Shown here piece by piece: positions 35,616-48,300 of a stretch of DNA of 51,397 bases (positions within the stretch are counted from its first letter, which is position 1; each line of letters begins with the position of its first letter). A program made the translations under genes and the position numbers. The notes beneath the pieces were generated by a model that was given only the letters and a program-made list of their open reading frames with translations, was not told where the DNA came from and made no database searches. The stretch is from the NCBI GenBank assembly GCA_947627415.1, contig CANQVU010000003.1, positions 1-51,397 on the forward strand, in the 5' to 3' direction. Source of the DNA: an uncultured Clostridia bacterium. Its GTDB lineage: Bacteria > Bacillota > Clostridia > TANB77 > CAG-508.

Positions 35616-36566
35616 GTGATTTTTATGCTAAGCATATACAACACAGATTTAAAAACAAATAAATTTGAAAAAATAAAAGAGTTTAGACCAGGATCCTGGA
35701 TAAATTTAGTTAATCCAACATCAGAAGAGATAAAAACAGTTTGCTCAAATTTAAATATTGAAGATGATTTCATAAAATATCCTCTTGACTATGAAGAACA
35801 AGCCAGAATTGATATAGAAGATGATATGACATTATTTGTAATAGATGTCCCTATTATAGAAGAAAATAATGAAGAAAAATCTTACGCTACAATGCCTTTA
35901 GGTTTAATAGTAGTAAGAGATGAGTACTTTATTTCAGTATCATTAAAAAAGAATAGAATAATTGAGACATTTGAAAAAGGCAGAATAAAAGGAATGTATA
36001 CTTATAAAAAAACCAGATTTCTTTTACAAATCTTATATTTGAATGCATCATATTACTTAAATGATTTAAAGAAAATAAATAAAGAAGCGGAAAACACCGT
36101 ACGTGCACTTCAAAAATCTATGAGAAATAAAGAATTAATACAACTATTAAACTTAGAAAACAGTTTAGTATATATAACAACATCATTAAAAGCTAATGAA
36201 TTAGTTATGGAAAAAACTGCAAGAGGTAAAGTCTTAAAATCATATGAAGAAGATGATGAGATACTAGAAGATGCTATAATAGAAAACAGACAGGCCATAG
36301 AAATGGGTAAAATATATAGTGACATTTTAAGTGGAACAATGGATGCATATGCATCAATAATTTCAAACAATTTAAATGTTGTAATGAAATTACTTGCATC
36401 TATAACTATTGTGTTATCAGTACCAACATTAATTGCAAGTATATGGGGAATGAATGTACCATTACCATTTTCTAATAACATACATGGATTTGCTATAGTT
36501 ATTGGAATTTCAATATTAATATCTGTAATAGCCTTTGTGTGGCTAAAGAAAAAAGATATGTTATAG
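35616..36566 (+). CDS. CorA-family magnesium transporter
   Basis: NNLNVVMK, PTLIASIWGMN motif, two C-terminal TM helices. Confidence 0.93.
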   Translation: MIFMLSIYNTDLKTNKFEKIKEFRPGSWINLVNPTSEEIKTVCSNLNIEDDFIKYPLDYEEQARIDIEDDMTLFVIDVPIIEENNEEKSYATMPLGLIVVRDEYFISVSLKKNRIIETFEKGRIKGMYTYKKTRFLLQILYLNASYYLNDLKKINKEAENTVRALQKSMRNKELIQLLNLENSLVYITTSLKANELVMEKTARGKVLKSYEEDDEILEDAIIENRQAIEMGKIYSDILSGTMDAYASIISNNLNVVMKLLASITIVLSVPTLIASIWGMNVPLPFSNNIHGFAIVIGISILISVIAFVWLKKKDML

Positions 36567-36576
36567 GAGGAGTACA

Positions 36577-38157
36577 ATGTTAAATGCGGTAGGAGTAACA
36601 GTAAGATTTGGAAAAAGAGTTTTATTTGAAGATGTAAATATAAAATTTTCAAAAGGAAACTGTTATGGATTAATTGGAGCAAATGGAGCTGGCAAATCTA
36701 CATTTCTAAAAGTTTTATCAGGTGAATTAGAACCAAGTAAAGGCGAAGTATCGATGGACAAGGGAGAAAGGTTATCAACGTTAAAACAAGATCATTATGC
36801 TTATGAAGATAACACTGTAATTGATACAGTCATAATGGGAAATAATGAACTTTATAGCATAATGAAAGAAAAAGAAGCAATATATGCAAAACCAGATTTT
36901 TCAGAAGAAGATGGACTAAAGGCTGCAAAATTAGAGGAAAGATTTTCAGAACTTGATGGATGGAATGCAGAGGCAGATGCTGCAACATTACTAAACAATT
37001 TAGGAATACCAGCAAATGATCATTATAAATTAATGAAAGAAATTGAAGCAAAAGATAAAGTAAAAGTATTGCTTGCACAAAGTTTATTTGGTAATCCAGA
37101 TGTTTTGCTATTAGATGAGCCTACAAATGATCTGGATTTAAAGAGTATAAATTGGTTACAAGATTTTTTAATAGATTTTGAGAATACAGTTATAGTAGTA
37201 TCACATGATAGATATTTTTTAAATAAAGTTTGTACACACATTGCTGATGTTGACTTTGGAAAAATTAAAGTTTATCCAGGTAATTATGATTTTTGGTATG
37301 AATCTAGTCAGCTAGCTTTAAAACAAGCAAAAGAGGCTAATAAAAAGAAAGAAGAAAAAATAAAAGAGCTACAAGATTTCATTGCAAGATTTAGTGCTAA
37401 TGCGTCAAAATCTAAACAAGCAACATCAAGAAAAAAATCTTTAGAAAAAATACAATTAGAGGAGATTAAAGCATCAAATAGAAAATATCCATATATAGAT
37501 TTTAAACCAGATAGAGAACCTGGGAAAGAAATACTTACAGTAAATAATTTGTGCAAAAGCATAAATGGAGAAGAAGTACTTAAAAATGTATCTTTTTCAG
37601 TAAAAGCAAATAACAAAATTGCTTTTATTTCAGATAATGAACTTGCAACTACATTATTATTTCAAATAATTGCAGGAGAAGTAGAGCCAGACTCAGGAGA
37701 AATTATATGGGGACAAACAATTACCAAAGATTATTTTCCTAAAGATAATTCATATTTATTTAAAAATGATGAGATATTAGTTGATTGGCTAAGGAAATAT
37801 TCAAAAGATCCAGATGAAACATATGTAAGGGGATTTTTAGGAAGAATGTTATTTTCAGGAGATGAAGCATTAAAAAATGTTAAGGTCCTATCTGGAGGAG
37901 AAAAAGTAAGATGTGTATTATCTAAGCTAATGCTATCAGGAGCAAATTTTTTAATATTTGATGAACCTACAAATCATTTAGATATGGAATCAATTACTGC
38001 ATTAAATGAGGGAATGAAAAAATTTAAAGGAAATTTAATATTTACATCACATGATCACCAATTAACTGAGACGGTTGCAGATAGAATAATTGATTTAAGA
38101 AAAGACAAAATAATAGATAGAGAATGCACATACAATGAATATTTAGGAATAGAATAA
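36577..38157 (+). CDS. ABC-F family ATPase (YbiT/YkpA-like)
   Basis: Two ABC domains (GANGAGKST, LDEPTN, SHD; LSGGEK, FDEPTNH); no TM segments. Confidence 0.93.
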   Translation: MLNAVGVTVRFGKRVLFEDVNIKFSKGNCYGLIGANGAGKSTFLKVLSGELEPSKGEVSMDKGERLSTLKQDHYAYEDNTVIDTVIMGNNELYSIMKEKEAIYAKPDFSEEDGLKAAKLEERFSELDGWNAEADAATLLNNLGIPANDHYKLMKEIEAKDKVKVLLAQSLFGNPDVLLLDEPTNDLDLKSINWLQDFLIDFENTVIVVSHDRYFLNKVCTHIADVDFGKIKVYPGNYDFWYESSQLALKQAKEANKKKEEKIKELQDFIARFSANASKSKQATSRKKSLEKIQLEEIKASNRKYPYIDFKPDREPGKEILTVNNLCKSINGEEVLKNVSFSVKANNKIAFISDNELATTLLFQIIAGEVEPDSGEIIWGQTITKDYFPKDNSYLFKNDEILVDWLRKYSKDPDETYVRGFLGRMLFSGDEALKNVKVLSGGEKVRCVLSKLMLSGANFLIFDEPTNHLDMESITALNEGMKKFKGNLIFTSHDHQLTETVADRIIDLRKDKIIDRECTYNEYLGIE

Positions 38158-38169
38158 ATAGAGTTAGAC

Positions 38170-38244
38170 TTTTTCCTTTTTTGGACGGACTAGATTTAGC
38201 GTTTTTTAAAAACGCTAAATCTAGTCCGTCCAAAAAAGGAAAAA
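38170..38244. repeat. Palindromic repeat family C, copy 2 (37-bp arms), probably also a bidirectional terminator
   Basis: 38170-38206 is the reverse complement of 38208-38244; lies between convergent genes. Confidence 0.9.
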
Positions 38245-38274
38245 CTCCGATTTAAATTTTCTACTTCTTCCAAG

Positions 38275-39336
38275 TTATTGTTCTGGATTATATTTATTTC
38301 TAATCTCTTCAACTTTTCCATATTCATTATTTAAAATATCTAGAAATGCAGTGGCACAATCTGGATCAAACTGAGAACCTTTGCATCTTTCAAATTCTGA
38401 TTTTACTACATCCAAAGGAAGAGAGTTCCTATATGTTCTCTTTGAAGTCATTGCGTCAAAGCTGTCTGCTACTGCAGCAATTCTTGCAAGATATGGTATT
38501 TCTTCGCCTTTTAATTTACCAGGATATCCATTTCCATCATATCTTTCATGATGATGCTTTACAATAGGAAGAGAATCTTTAAATATAGTAGCATTTGATA
38601 ATATATGCGTTCCTATAGTAGGATGATTTTTTATTTCAGAATATTCATCATCTGTAAGTTTTGCTTCTTTTAATAATATACTATCAGGAATTCCAATTTT
38701 ACCAATGTCATGAAATAAACCACCGATTTTCAAGATATTAAGGTCTTTATCAGAGAGATGTAACTTTTTACCAAGGAGTACGGAATATTCAGATACTCTA
38801 TCAGAATGTCCTCTAGTATAAGGATCTTTTGCTTCAACAGTATATCTTAAAGTCTCTATATTTTCCATGTATGCTTTTTCTAGTTTATCATAAGTATCTT
38901 TTAATTCAATATTAATTGCTCTTATTTGATCCATTTGAGAAACAGCCTTTATTCCAGATTCAACAAGTAAAAGTAATTGATCAAACTTATCACTTTTTTC
39001 GCAATAACCTTGAATATCTAATCTTTTAATAGTATCTAATGGAGGAGCTAAATCTTTATGACCTGTAAGTAATAATATGTATAGATCCTTATTAAATTTT
39101 CTAATTTCTTCAACTACCTGATCTCCATGAATAGGTGTCATAATAAAGTCAAGTAACATTAAATCAAAATGTTCTTCTTTTACCATTTCGATTGCTTTTA
39201 TTGGATCAGTAACTCCAACAAAACCATATCCTGCCTTATTTAAGAATACTTTGAGTGTATCTAATATTCCAACTTCGTCATCAACACAGATGATTTTATA
39301 TTTAAAATTATCATTTGAAGAAATTCCTTTTCTCAT
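38275..39336 (-). CDS. Response regulator with HD-GYP phosphodiesterase domain
   Basis: REC domain (VDDE, LLD); YTRGHS.RV, HDIGK, HHERYDGNGYP, VADSFDAM. Confidence 0.93.
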   Translation of the reverse strand: MRKGISSNDNFKYKIICVDDEVGILDTLKVFLNKAGYGFVGVTDPIKAIEMVKEEHFDLMLLDFIMTPIHGDQVVEEIRKFNKDLYILLLTGHKDLAPPLDTIKRLDIQGYCEKSDKFDQLLLLVESGIKAVSQMDQIRAINIELKDTYDKLEKAYMENIETLRYTVEAKDPYTRGHSDRVSEYSVLLGKKLHLSDKDLNILKIGGLFHDIGKIGIPDSILLKEAKLTDDEYSEIKNHPTIGTHILSNATIFKDSLPIVKHHHERYDGNGYPGKLKGEEIPYLARIAAVADSFDAMTSKRTYRNSLPLDVVKSEFERCKGSQFDPDCATAFLDILNNEYGKVEEIRNKYNPEQ

Positions 39337-39505
39337 AGACTTTCCTCCCTTATATTACATAAGATATAATATTTCAATTAAATTATATTCAATATATTAA
39401 AAAAAAGCAATAAAAAATCGAAAAAAGTTGCAAAACGCATATTCACAAATAAGTATTTATATGGTATAATTACAATCAGCGTTAAGCTATTTGGAGGATG
39501 TTGAA

Positions 39506-40421
39506 ATGATTTTTAAAGATTATTATAAAATATTAGGATTAGAAACTAATAAAGTAGATAGAGATAAAATAAAAATAGCTTTTCGAGAACAAGCAAAAAA
39601 ATATCATCCAGATGTGAATACAGGTGACATTTCTACAGAAGAGAGATTTAAAGATATTAATGAAGCATATAGGGTATTATCAGACTCTAGTAGTAAAAGA
39701 AAATATGATAGGATGTGGAATACTCATGTAGGAAAAAAACAGACAAAACAATCTTATCAAGAAAGTAAAAGAAGTAAGGATTCAGTTTTCAGCGATTTTT
39801 TTAATATGTTTTTTGGAGTACCATTAGAAACAGACAAAACAGAAGAAATAAGGAGTAAAAAGAAATTACCTATAAAAGGAGAAAATGTAGAAACGGAAAT
39901 TAATGTTGAGATTGAAGATGCATATTTTGGCACAGAAAAAAAGATTTCTTTAAGAACAGTTAATCGGGAAAATGAAAACATTTTCAGTAAAAATTCCATC
40001 AGGTATTAGGGATGGAGAAAAAATAAGACTTCTAGGGCAAGGAAAACAAGGACAAAATGGTGGCAAAAATGGTGATATGTTTATAAAAATAAACATAGAA
40101 AATAATAATAAATTTAAATTACAAGGATATGATATAGTAACGGACTTATTTTTAACTCCATGGGAAGCGGCACTTGGCAAACGAGTTAACGTTGATTCTA
40201 TAGATGATACTGTGTCTTTATATGTTCCACCAGGAATACAAAGTGGAGAAAAAGTAAGAATCCCACAAAAGGGATATAAAGATGGAAGAGGAAGTAGAGG
40301 AGATTTAATAGCAGAAATAAAAACGGTAGTACCAAAAAAATTGACAGAAGATGAGAGAGAATTGTTTGAAAAACTAAAAAATATATCAAAATTTAATCCT
40401 AGAGAGAAAAAGTTCACATAA
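39506..40421 (+). CDS. DnaJ class B / CbpA-like co-chaperone, about 304 aa after a +1 shift at CGG 39965-39967
   Basis: J domain with HPD; joined ...LRTVN-[C]-GKMKTFSVKIPSG... gives a continuous DnaJ C-terminal domain; no zinc finger. Confidence 0.9.
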
Positions 40422-40435
40422 TTAGTTAAAAAATA

Positions 40436-40464
40436 TTGACATATATATTGTTCTATTGTATAAT
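40436..40464 (+). promoter_or_regulatory. Consensus sigma-A promoter of the virD4-like operon
   Basis: TTGACA-17 nt-TATAAT. Confidence 0.8.
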
Positions 40465-40528
40465 TAAAAAGGAATTATACGAAAGACGAAATGCATTAAT
40501 ATATGTAGAAATGGGGTGCTAAAAAGGC

Positions 40529-41098
40529 ATGGAAAAAGAATTTGTACAAGGAAAACACTTTAGTATAACAGACCCACAAAATGTAAATACAGTAATTTAT
40601 GAGGTAAATAAAACTGAGAAGGAAATGGCTAAAAACTCTCCTAAATATACAGTTGAAAGATTAGATTATACAGAAGAATTAGTAGGAGAAAAGAAAAAGA
40701 AAACCTTCTATATTAATGAGCCTAAGCCTGAAGGGAATAAATTAGTTATATTATCTTTTGGAAAAGAAAAGGTAGTTATAAACAATGGCGTTTTAGAGGG
40801 AGACCAAGTATTAATTACAAAAAAGCCAATGCCATTTAAATTTAAAACATTATATAGTGAACAAGAAACAGAATATAAAGATGTTCAATATACACCAAAT
40901 TTAAAAAGACCAATTTCTATAATTGATCCAGAAACTACAGAAGAAATAAAACCAGTATTATATTTTGATGAAAAAACAAATGAAGTTAAGGGAAAATGCA
41001 AACTGAAACCATTTAAAAATTATTTTGCATTTGAAATAAGAGATTTATCAGATGAAAATATAAGAATAGTAGGTGGAAATCCTGTATTAGAAAATTAA
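40529..41098 (+). CDS. Hypothetical protein (189 aa)
   Basis: Long ORF with host-like codon usage; no motif recognised. Confidence 0.8.
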   Translation: MEKEFVQGKHFSITDPQNVNTVIYEVNKTEKEMAKNSPKYTVERLDYTEELVGEKKKKTFYINEPKPEGNKLVILSFGKEKVVINNGVLEGDQVLITKKPMPFKFKTLYSEQETEYKDVQYTPNLKRPISIIDPETTEEIKPVLYFDEKTNEVKGKCKLKPFKNYFAFEIRDLSDENIRIVGGNPVLEN

Positions 41099-41110
41099 GG
41101 AGGATATAAA

Positions 41111-41269
41111 ATGTTAAAGTCTGAAAGAGTAAAACCACAATTTGGAAGAGAAATGGTTCCATGTGAATATAAATCAAAATGGGCAAATAAATTACCAAAA
41201 GAAGAGGTTGTTGTGATAAAAGCAGAATCTACTAGAATGAAGTCAGAAGAATCAAGAGATGATAGATAA
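41111..41269 (+). CDS. Small hypothetical protein (52 aa; not in the ORF track)
   Basis: AAGGAGG RBS; MLKSERVKPQFGREMVPCEYKSKWANKLPKEEVVVIKAESTRMKSEESRDDR fills the gap in the operon. Confidence 0.7.
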   Translation: MLKSERVKPQFGREMVPCEYKSKWANKLPKEEVVVIKAESTRMKSEESRDDR

Positions 41270-41299
41270 TTAGTTTTACAAAAGAAAAGGTGAATAAGT

Positions 41300-43278
41300 A
41301 TGAATTATAAAGTAAAGAATGCTTTAAGTAAAAGTAAAAATGCATTAATAATTGTTGTAATACTATGGGTAACTTTATCCATAGTATTAGTTTCGCCTAT
41401 AACTGTTAGCATAGTTGAAGCAACAGCAAACCGGAATTTTTAATTTTGGAGACTTCATTGAGAATTTATTTTCAGCCATACTAAGTATAGGAGAAAATTT
41501 AGGGAAAGTATTTACAAGTGAATATATAGGAGTATTTTGGAAAACGGAGGGATATTTTTCAATCTTGTTATTATTCTTTGCATTAGTTGGTTTTGTTAAA
41601 CTTATGCCAAGAAGTGAGTATACAGATATTGAACATGGTTCAAGTGATTGGGCAACAGGCGAACAATATGAAGTATTAGACAGAAAAAAAGGAATACTTC
41701 TTGCAGAAAATCATTACTTACCAGTAGATAAGAGAGGTAATACAAACGTATTAGTTGTAGGACGGATCTGGTTCTGGTAAATCTGCATCTTATGTTATTC
41801 CAAATGCATATCAACTTTTAGGATCATATGTATTTACAGATCCAAAAGGGGAGTTATATGATAAAACAGCAGGGTACTTAAGAAGCAAAGGATATGACAT
41901 AAAGATATTTAATTTAGTTAATCCCAAGAATAGTGATGGATATAACCCACTAATGCATATACAAAATGAAATAGATGTTGATATAATTGCAAATACGATA
42001 GTAAAAGGTCAAAGTGATATAAAAAATCAAGCCGACCCATATTGGGATGATATGGCAGAAATGCTATTAAAGGCATTAATATATTATTTACTTGCAACAA
42101 GACCAGAAGAAGAGCAAAGTTTATCAAGTTGTGCAGAGTTAGTTAGAGCTGCAAATAATAATGGAGCAGGAAACTTGCTTACAGAACTTATGAACCAACT
42201 ACCATATGATCATCCAGCAAGAATGTTCTATAAATCTATAGAAATAGCTCCAGAAAAAACATATGGATCAATACTTTCTTCACTTCAATCAAAACTTGGT
42301 AAGTTTGATTCTAAAGAAATTGCAGAACTTACATCAACAAATACAATAAATTTTGAGGACATTGGTAGAAAGAAAACAGCTGTATATGTTATATCTTCTG
42401 ATACACATGCAGCTTATGATTTCTTACTTACAATATTCTTCTCACAAATGATACAGAGATTATATGACTTTGCAGACATAAATGGAGGAACATTACCTAT
42501 ACCTACATATTTTATATTGGATGAGTTTGCAAATATAGGTAGAATTCCAGACTTTGATAAAAAAATATCAACTTCAAGAAGTAGAAAGATATCTTTTAGT
42601 GTTATTTTGCAAAATTTAGATCAATTGGAAGCAGTTTATGAAAAATCTCATGAAACAATAATTGGTAACTGTGATACTACGATATTCTTAGGAAGTAACT
42701 CTCAAAAAACAGTTGAATATTATTCAAAAGAACTTGGTGAAAAAACTATAAATAGGGATAGTTGGTCTGTAAATAAGGATAAGCATATGTGGAGACAGGG
42801 ATATAATAAGTCAGATCAAATAATGGCAAGACCACTAATGACTCCAGATGAATTAAGAAGGTTAGACAATGATTTATGTATTATATTTGAAAAGGGTGTT
42901 AAACCAATAAAAGCCCAAAAATATTATTATTTTAAATATAATACTTTAAAATTAGTAAATAAATATATGTGTAGTCACAATGATATACCACCAATCGATA
43001 GAGGTAAATGGAGGAAATATAATCCGTATAATCCTTATATAGAGGAAACTGAAGAAAAGCAAGAGAACACAAAGATCGAAAGCTTAGATGATTTATTTGA
43101 AGATGAACTAGATAATAAACAAACAAAAGGTGAAACAGAAATTCCTTTAGAAGATGCTTTAGAAGAAAAGAATACAAATAATAAAGAAGATGATGAAGTA
43201 TTATCATATGACATTCAAAAAGAATTAGAAGCAAAATTTGATGAATTATTTGGTTCATTAGAAGATTCAACTGATTAG
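41300..43278 (+). CDS. VirD4/TraG-like type IV coupling protein, about 658 aa after two +1 shifts (CGG 41432-41434 and 41763-41765)
   Basis: Two TM helices, EHGSSDW, restored Walker A NVLVVG-[C]-GSGSGKSASYVIPN, TDPKGE, YNPL, LDEFANIG, ILQNLDQL, RPLMTPDEL; acidic tail. Confidence 0.9.
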
Positions 43279-43320
43279 TAAATAAACTTATGAAAGTAAA
43301 GTATACTATTTTAGATAAAA

Positions 43321-43356
43321 ATAAAAAATCCCCATTGCATATGGAGATTTTTTATT
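43321..43356. terminator. Bidirectional terminator
   Basis: ATAAAAAATC.CCAT-TGCAT-ATGG.GATTTTTTAT between convergent genes. Confidence 0.65.
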
Positions 43357-43363
43357 TATGTTA

Positions 43364-45196
43364 TTATATTGGAATTTCTATAAAGAATGAAGTTCCTTTA
43401 CCTTTTTCTGTTTCATATCTTAATCTACCATTAAAGTGAGCTTTTATATTAGAGTAAGACATAAACAATCCAAGCCCTGTACCATTTTTACCTTTAGTTG
43501 TAACCATTTCTTTAAATAGTTTTTCTGTTACTTTGTCAGGCAATCCTCCTGCCATATCAGATATTTTAAATACAAGATTATTATTTTCTTTATATATTCT
43601 AAAGTCTATAGATTCATTTGTTTTCCCTTGAGACTGATATGCTTGTATAGCATTTGATATTATATTATTTATTACTTGCACCAAACTATTAATATTACCT
43701 TTTACAGTAGTTGAAGTATCTATATCAGCTTGAAGGTTTAAAGCAATCAATGCGTTTTTAAGTTCATGTTTCATTAATATATCTATATAATTTATAAGTT
43801 CTTTAACTGTAAATCCACTTGCAGTTTGTTCTGAAAAAGCAACAGCTTGTCCTTTTATAGCAGTAATGATATCAGACATGTATGACAAGTGCGTTTTCAT
43901 TTTTTCTATCCATTCGTTCATATCTTTTGCAATATCATGATGATCTTCTTCTGTTACTTCTGGATCTCCTATACTTGAATCGTATTCTTTAATTAAATCA
44001 GATAATCCCTCTGCAGCACCTGCAATAGACATGATAGGAGTTTTTAAGTTATGAGCTATACCACCAATCATTTGTCCAAGTGAGGCTAAACGCTCTTTCT
44101 CAACAAGCATATCTTGATTATCTTTAATAGTCTGCATATCTATATTATGCTGAGTAACATCTTTTAAAAGTATAAGAGTTCCAAGGAAATTTCCCTTTGA
44201 CTCTATACGAGTTATTTCAATATGAAAATACTTATTTATTTTATTAAAATGTTTTTCTAATACTACTGTTTTATCTGAATTGTTTGCTTCATTAAGTGAT
44301 TTTTGTAAGATATCTACATCAATACCTAAATCTTTATTATTTTTTACTAATTCAAATAAATCTTTATTTCTAACATCATTAGAAACAGCATTAAAAGTGT
44401 CCAAATAAGTTTGGTTAAAATCTGTAATGGTATTATCTTCATTTATGACTATGTAGCTATCTGATATTCTATCAACAATTTTTTGCAAAGCAATAGGAGC
44501 AATTTTTAAAAAGTCAAATTTAAAAATTGCGAATGCATCAATGAAGATTGCTAAAGCAAAAGAAATAGGTGTTATATAAATGCTCATAGGTATGATTTGA
44601 AGGCTTCCTAAAATATTAATAATTAAAGGAATTGATACTCCTAAAATTATTAACACTGATTGCTTTGAAAAAAAGCCAGAATTTTTAATAGAATAACGCA
44701 TTAAAAATATAACTCCAAGCAACAAGCAAATATATGAATATAATGAATGTATGTAAATCCATGGACCATATACACATTCATTCATATTTATAGAATAATG
44801 TTCATAAAAAAGATGATGAAGATCATTAGTCCATAGAATTAATAATGATATAATAGGTATAACGAATAATAGTAAATATTTTTTAGAAAATTTTACTTTT
44901 GTATTAGAAAATATTATACTCATAATCAAAAAACAAACAGGTAAAAAACAAGTTCCAATATAAACAAAATAATCAAAATATATTGGAGGAACAATATTTA
45001 AATAATTACAAAATACTATTTGAAGTAATAAACCTGTACAGCATATCAATAAACAGAGTAATAAACAAGAAAAAGAAATTTTGATTTGCTTTTGTGATTT
45101 TTTATTTACAAATAGGAAAAGTAATAAGGTAATAATCATTACTAATATTAAACCTATTAGTGAAAATAAATAAGGTATCATAAAAATCATCTCCAT
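43364..45196 (-). CDS. Sensor histidine kinase with N-terminal 7TM region and PAS-like domain
   Basis: Seven hydrophobic segments with the LWTND.HHLFY motif; H box GIAHNLKTP; NIISNAI; GTGLGL. Confidence 0.92.
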   Translation of the reverse strand: MEMIFMIPYLFSLIGLILVMIITLLLFLFVNKKSQKQIKISFSCLLLCLLICCTGLLLQIVFCNYLNIVPPIYFDYFVYIGTCFLPVCFLIMSIIFSNTKVKFSKKYLLLFVIPIISLLILWTNDLHHLFYEHYSINMNECVYGPWIYIHSLYSYICLLLGVIFLMRYSIKNSGFFSKQSVLIILGVSIPLIINILGSLQIIPMSIYITPISFALAIFIDAFAIFKFDFLKIAPIALQKIVDRISDSYIVINEDNTITDFNQTYLDTFNAVSNDVRNKDLFELVKNNKDLGIDVDILQKSLNEANNSDKTVVLEKHFNKINKYFHIEITRIESKGNFLGTLILLKDVTQHNIDMQTIKDNQDMLVEKERLASLGQMIGGIAHNLKTPIMSIAGAAEGLSDLIKEYDSSIGDPEVTEEDHHDIAKDMNEWIEKMKTHLSYMSDIITAIKGQAVAFSEQTASGFTVKELINYIDILMKHELKNALIALNLQADIDTSTTVKGNINSLVQVINNIISNAIQAYQSQGKTNESIDFRIYKENNNLVFKISDMAGGLPDKVTEKLFKEMVTTKGKNGTGLGLFMSYSNIKAHFNGRLRYETEKGKGTSFFIEIPI

Positions 45197-45205
45197 ATTA
45201 TTTAG

Positions 45206-45362
45206 TTTTTTATTGTATAGGAAAAATCGACTTTTATCTTGACCTTATATAAGATTTTTCCGTATACAACAAGGTTAGGCTACCTTAATACGCCCGAACG
45301 AAGTGAGTGGCATGTGTTTCGCATTTGCTCCAAAGACTAACTCTGCGAAATGCCTTTCTTAT
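45206..45362. repeat. Structured repeat family B, copy 2
   Basis: Near-identical to 30652-30806; fills the NRPS-kinase intergenic space and overlaps the NRPS stop codon. Confidence 0.9.
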
Positions 45363-48300
45363 ATGTAACCGATTGATTTTAGATAAGTTACATATTTTTG
45401 AATATATTTTTTGTCAACTGTAGGCCATTTAAAAGATAGTTTTTTCAATATTGCATCAGTTAGTGGACTGAGCATTTTTATATCATTTTTATATGAAATT
45501 AAATTGCTTATATTAAAGTCATTAATAATTCCGGATATAATATTATTTTTATTTTTATCAGCCGATATAGTCTTTACTAAATCATAAAATTCTTCAGGTG
45601 AAACTATATTAGTTTTAAAGCCGAGCTCTTCAAAAATTGATATTAAGTCTTTAAACGATATATAATTGTTGTTATGTATGTGAAAAATATTAAAATCACA
45701 TTTGCAGAATATAATTTTTAATATAATATCTGCACATAAATCTACAGGAGTAAATTCAACGATTTCATCCAATAGATTATTAGGGAATTTACCTATATTT
45801 AGAAATGCAAAAACTTTATTTATGAATGCATTTTCAGAAATATTAATTTGGAAATTACCGTCTGAATATCTATTTGTTATATTCCCTAATCTAAATATAT
45901 TAGCATCTAAGTCGTTTTCTACAATATTTTCTAGGATTAATCTTTCTGCTAAAAATTTACTACGTACGTATATGTTTGAAAGGTCTTGGTTTATAAACAA
46001 ATTATTTTCTAAAAATGTAGTGCTTAATAGGTTTTCTGGCAAAGTATCTAAATCACTATCAAGAAGCGTTCCAGAAACACTTAATGTGGATATATGGTGA
46101 AGCGAACATTTAAATTTATTACAAAATGTAATTAAATTTTGAGTTCCCACGACATTAATATCATTGAAAATATTTGATTTTCCATAATGTTTTACAATGG
46201 CTGCGGCATTTATTACATCAGAAACAGAATATCCTAAATCTTTATAAGAATTAGAATCTAATCCTAAATTAGTTTTTGAAATATCCCCTTCAAGTACAAA
46301 AACGCGGTCATATAAATATTTTTCAAAGTTATTATTGAAGTAGAAATTCATAGTATCTATTAATCTATTAACAGGATCTATGTTATTCTTTTTTCTAATA
46401 ATACAATAAATATTGCAATTTGTATTCTCAATCAAATTTTGTAATATATGACTACCAATAAATCCTGTAGAACCAGTTAATAGAATGCTTTCGATTTTTT
46501 TCTTAGACAAATTAATGTTATCACTTTTAAGAGTATTAACAGAAATTAATTTGTCTATCTTAGAATAATCATAGTTATCGTCAAGACCAGATGTTTCTTC
46601 TGTAGGTATATTCCCAATGCCAGTTTTTTCAGATAATTGTTCTATTGTAGGATTTGAGAATATATCTTTATAAGAGATATTTATTCCATGATTAAATGCT
46701 TCTATTTGTAATTTTATTGCAGAGAGTGAATCTCCACCAATTTCAAAGAAATCATCATTAATACCAATGTGAGTAGAACCTAAAACGCTTTCAAATATTT
46801 CTTGAAGTTGTTTTTGAAGTTTTGTTTTAGGAGCGACATATTTATTTTTATTTGCAATTTTCAAACTTTTTAAATATTTCATATCGATTTTGCCATTAGA
46901 TGTTAATTTAAATTTATCTATTTGTATTAAATGATTTGGTATAAAATATTTAGGCAATTTTCTTTTAAGATATGCTAATAAATCATTTTGATTAATTTTT
47001 TTATCAGATGTGAAATAACATATTATTTTTTTATTATCTACATAGACAACACATTTTGTTATGTATGGGTAAGAATGAACAGTATTTGTTATCTCATCTA
47101 ACTCAATTCTATGACCATTTATTTTAACTTGATTATCTTGTCTTCCTTGAAATAGTAAATTACCATTTTCATCTAATTTTACCATGTCCCCTGTTCGGTA
47201 TGCTCTTTCTGTTGTATAAGGTAGCTTAACAAAATTCTTCTGGTTCATTTCATCATTATTAATATAGCCTATTCCTACATTATCACCACATACATATAGC
47301 TCTCCACCAACTCCAACTGGTACAGGATTTTTATCTTTATCTAAAACATACAATTTAAGATTAGATAAAGGTTTACCGATAGGAAGTACAGAATAATTAC
47401 GCAAATTTTCTTTTGTGACAACATAGGCAGTAGAACATATTGTACATTCACTAGGACCATAACCATTAACAATTCTTATGTTAGGGTTAAATGAATAATA
47501 TTTTTCGATAGTTTTTGTTTTTATAGATTCTACACCTACAAGTAATTTGTTTAAATAAACTTTTTCACCTTTTTGCTCTAATATTTTAAATACATTATCT
47601 AGTATATTTGGTGGAATATATAACATAGATATTTTATGTGATATTATAGCATCACAATATTTAAATATATCAGTTATACTATTATCCTCAAATAAATGTA
47701 GTTCATATCCATTTAACAAAGTAAAGAAGAATTCCCATATACTTACATCAAAAGATATATTTGTAGATGCAAGGCATCTTTCTATATTTGTTGTTTTAGA
47801 AACTTCAAATAATTTATTAAAAGAAGATATAAAATTATTTAAGTTTTTATGTGATATTATTACTCCTTTAGGGTTTCCTGTAGAACCAGATGTGTAAATT
47901 GAGTATAAAGGATTGTTTGCACCTATATCAGTATTTAAATTTGAATTTGGCTCATCTGTATAATTAATTTCATCTAAGACAATAGTTTTAATATTATCTT
48001 TAGAAATTGCAGAAGATTTACTACAAATTATAATAGGAGCAGAAGAATTATCTATGATGTAATTTACTCTTTCCGTAGGAAATTCCGTTGTAATAGGTAA
48101 GTATATAGCACCTAATTTTATAATTCCAAGCATAGATATAATTAAATTAATTGATCTGTCCATTATTACAGGAATAATATTTTCTTTCTGAGCGCCTTCA
48201 TTTTTTAAATAACGAGCTAAACTATTTGCTCTTTCATTTAATTCTTTATATGTTAAATGTTCATTCCCAAAAACGACAGCAATATTATCAGGAGTTTTTT

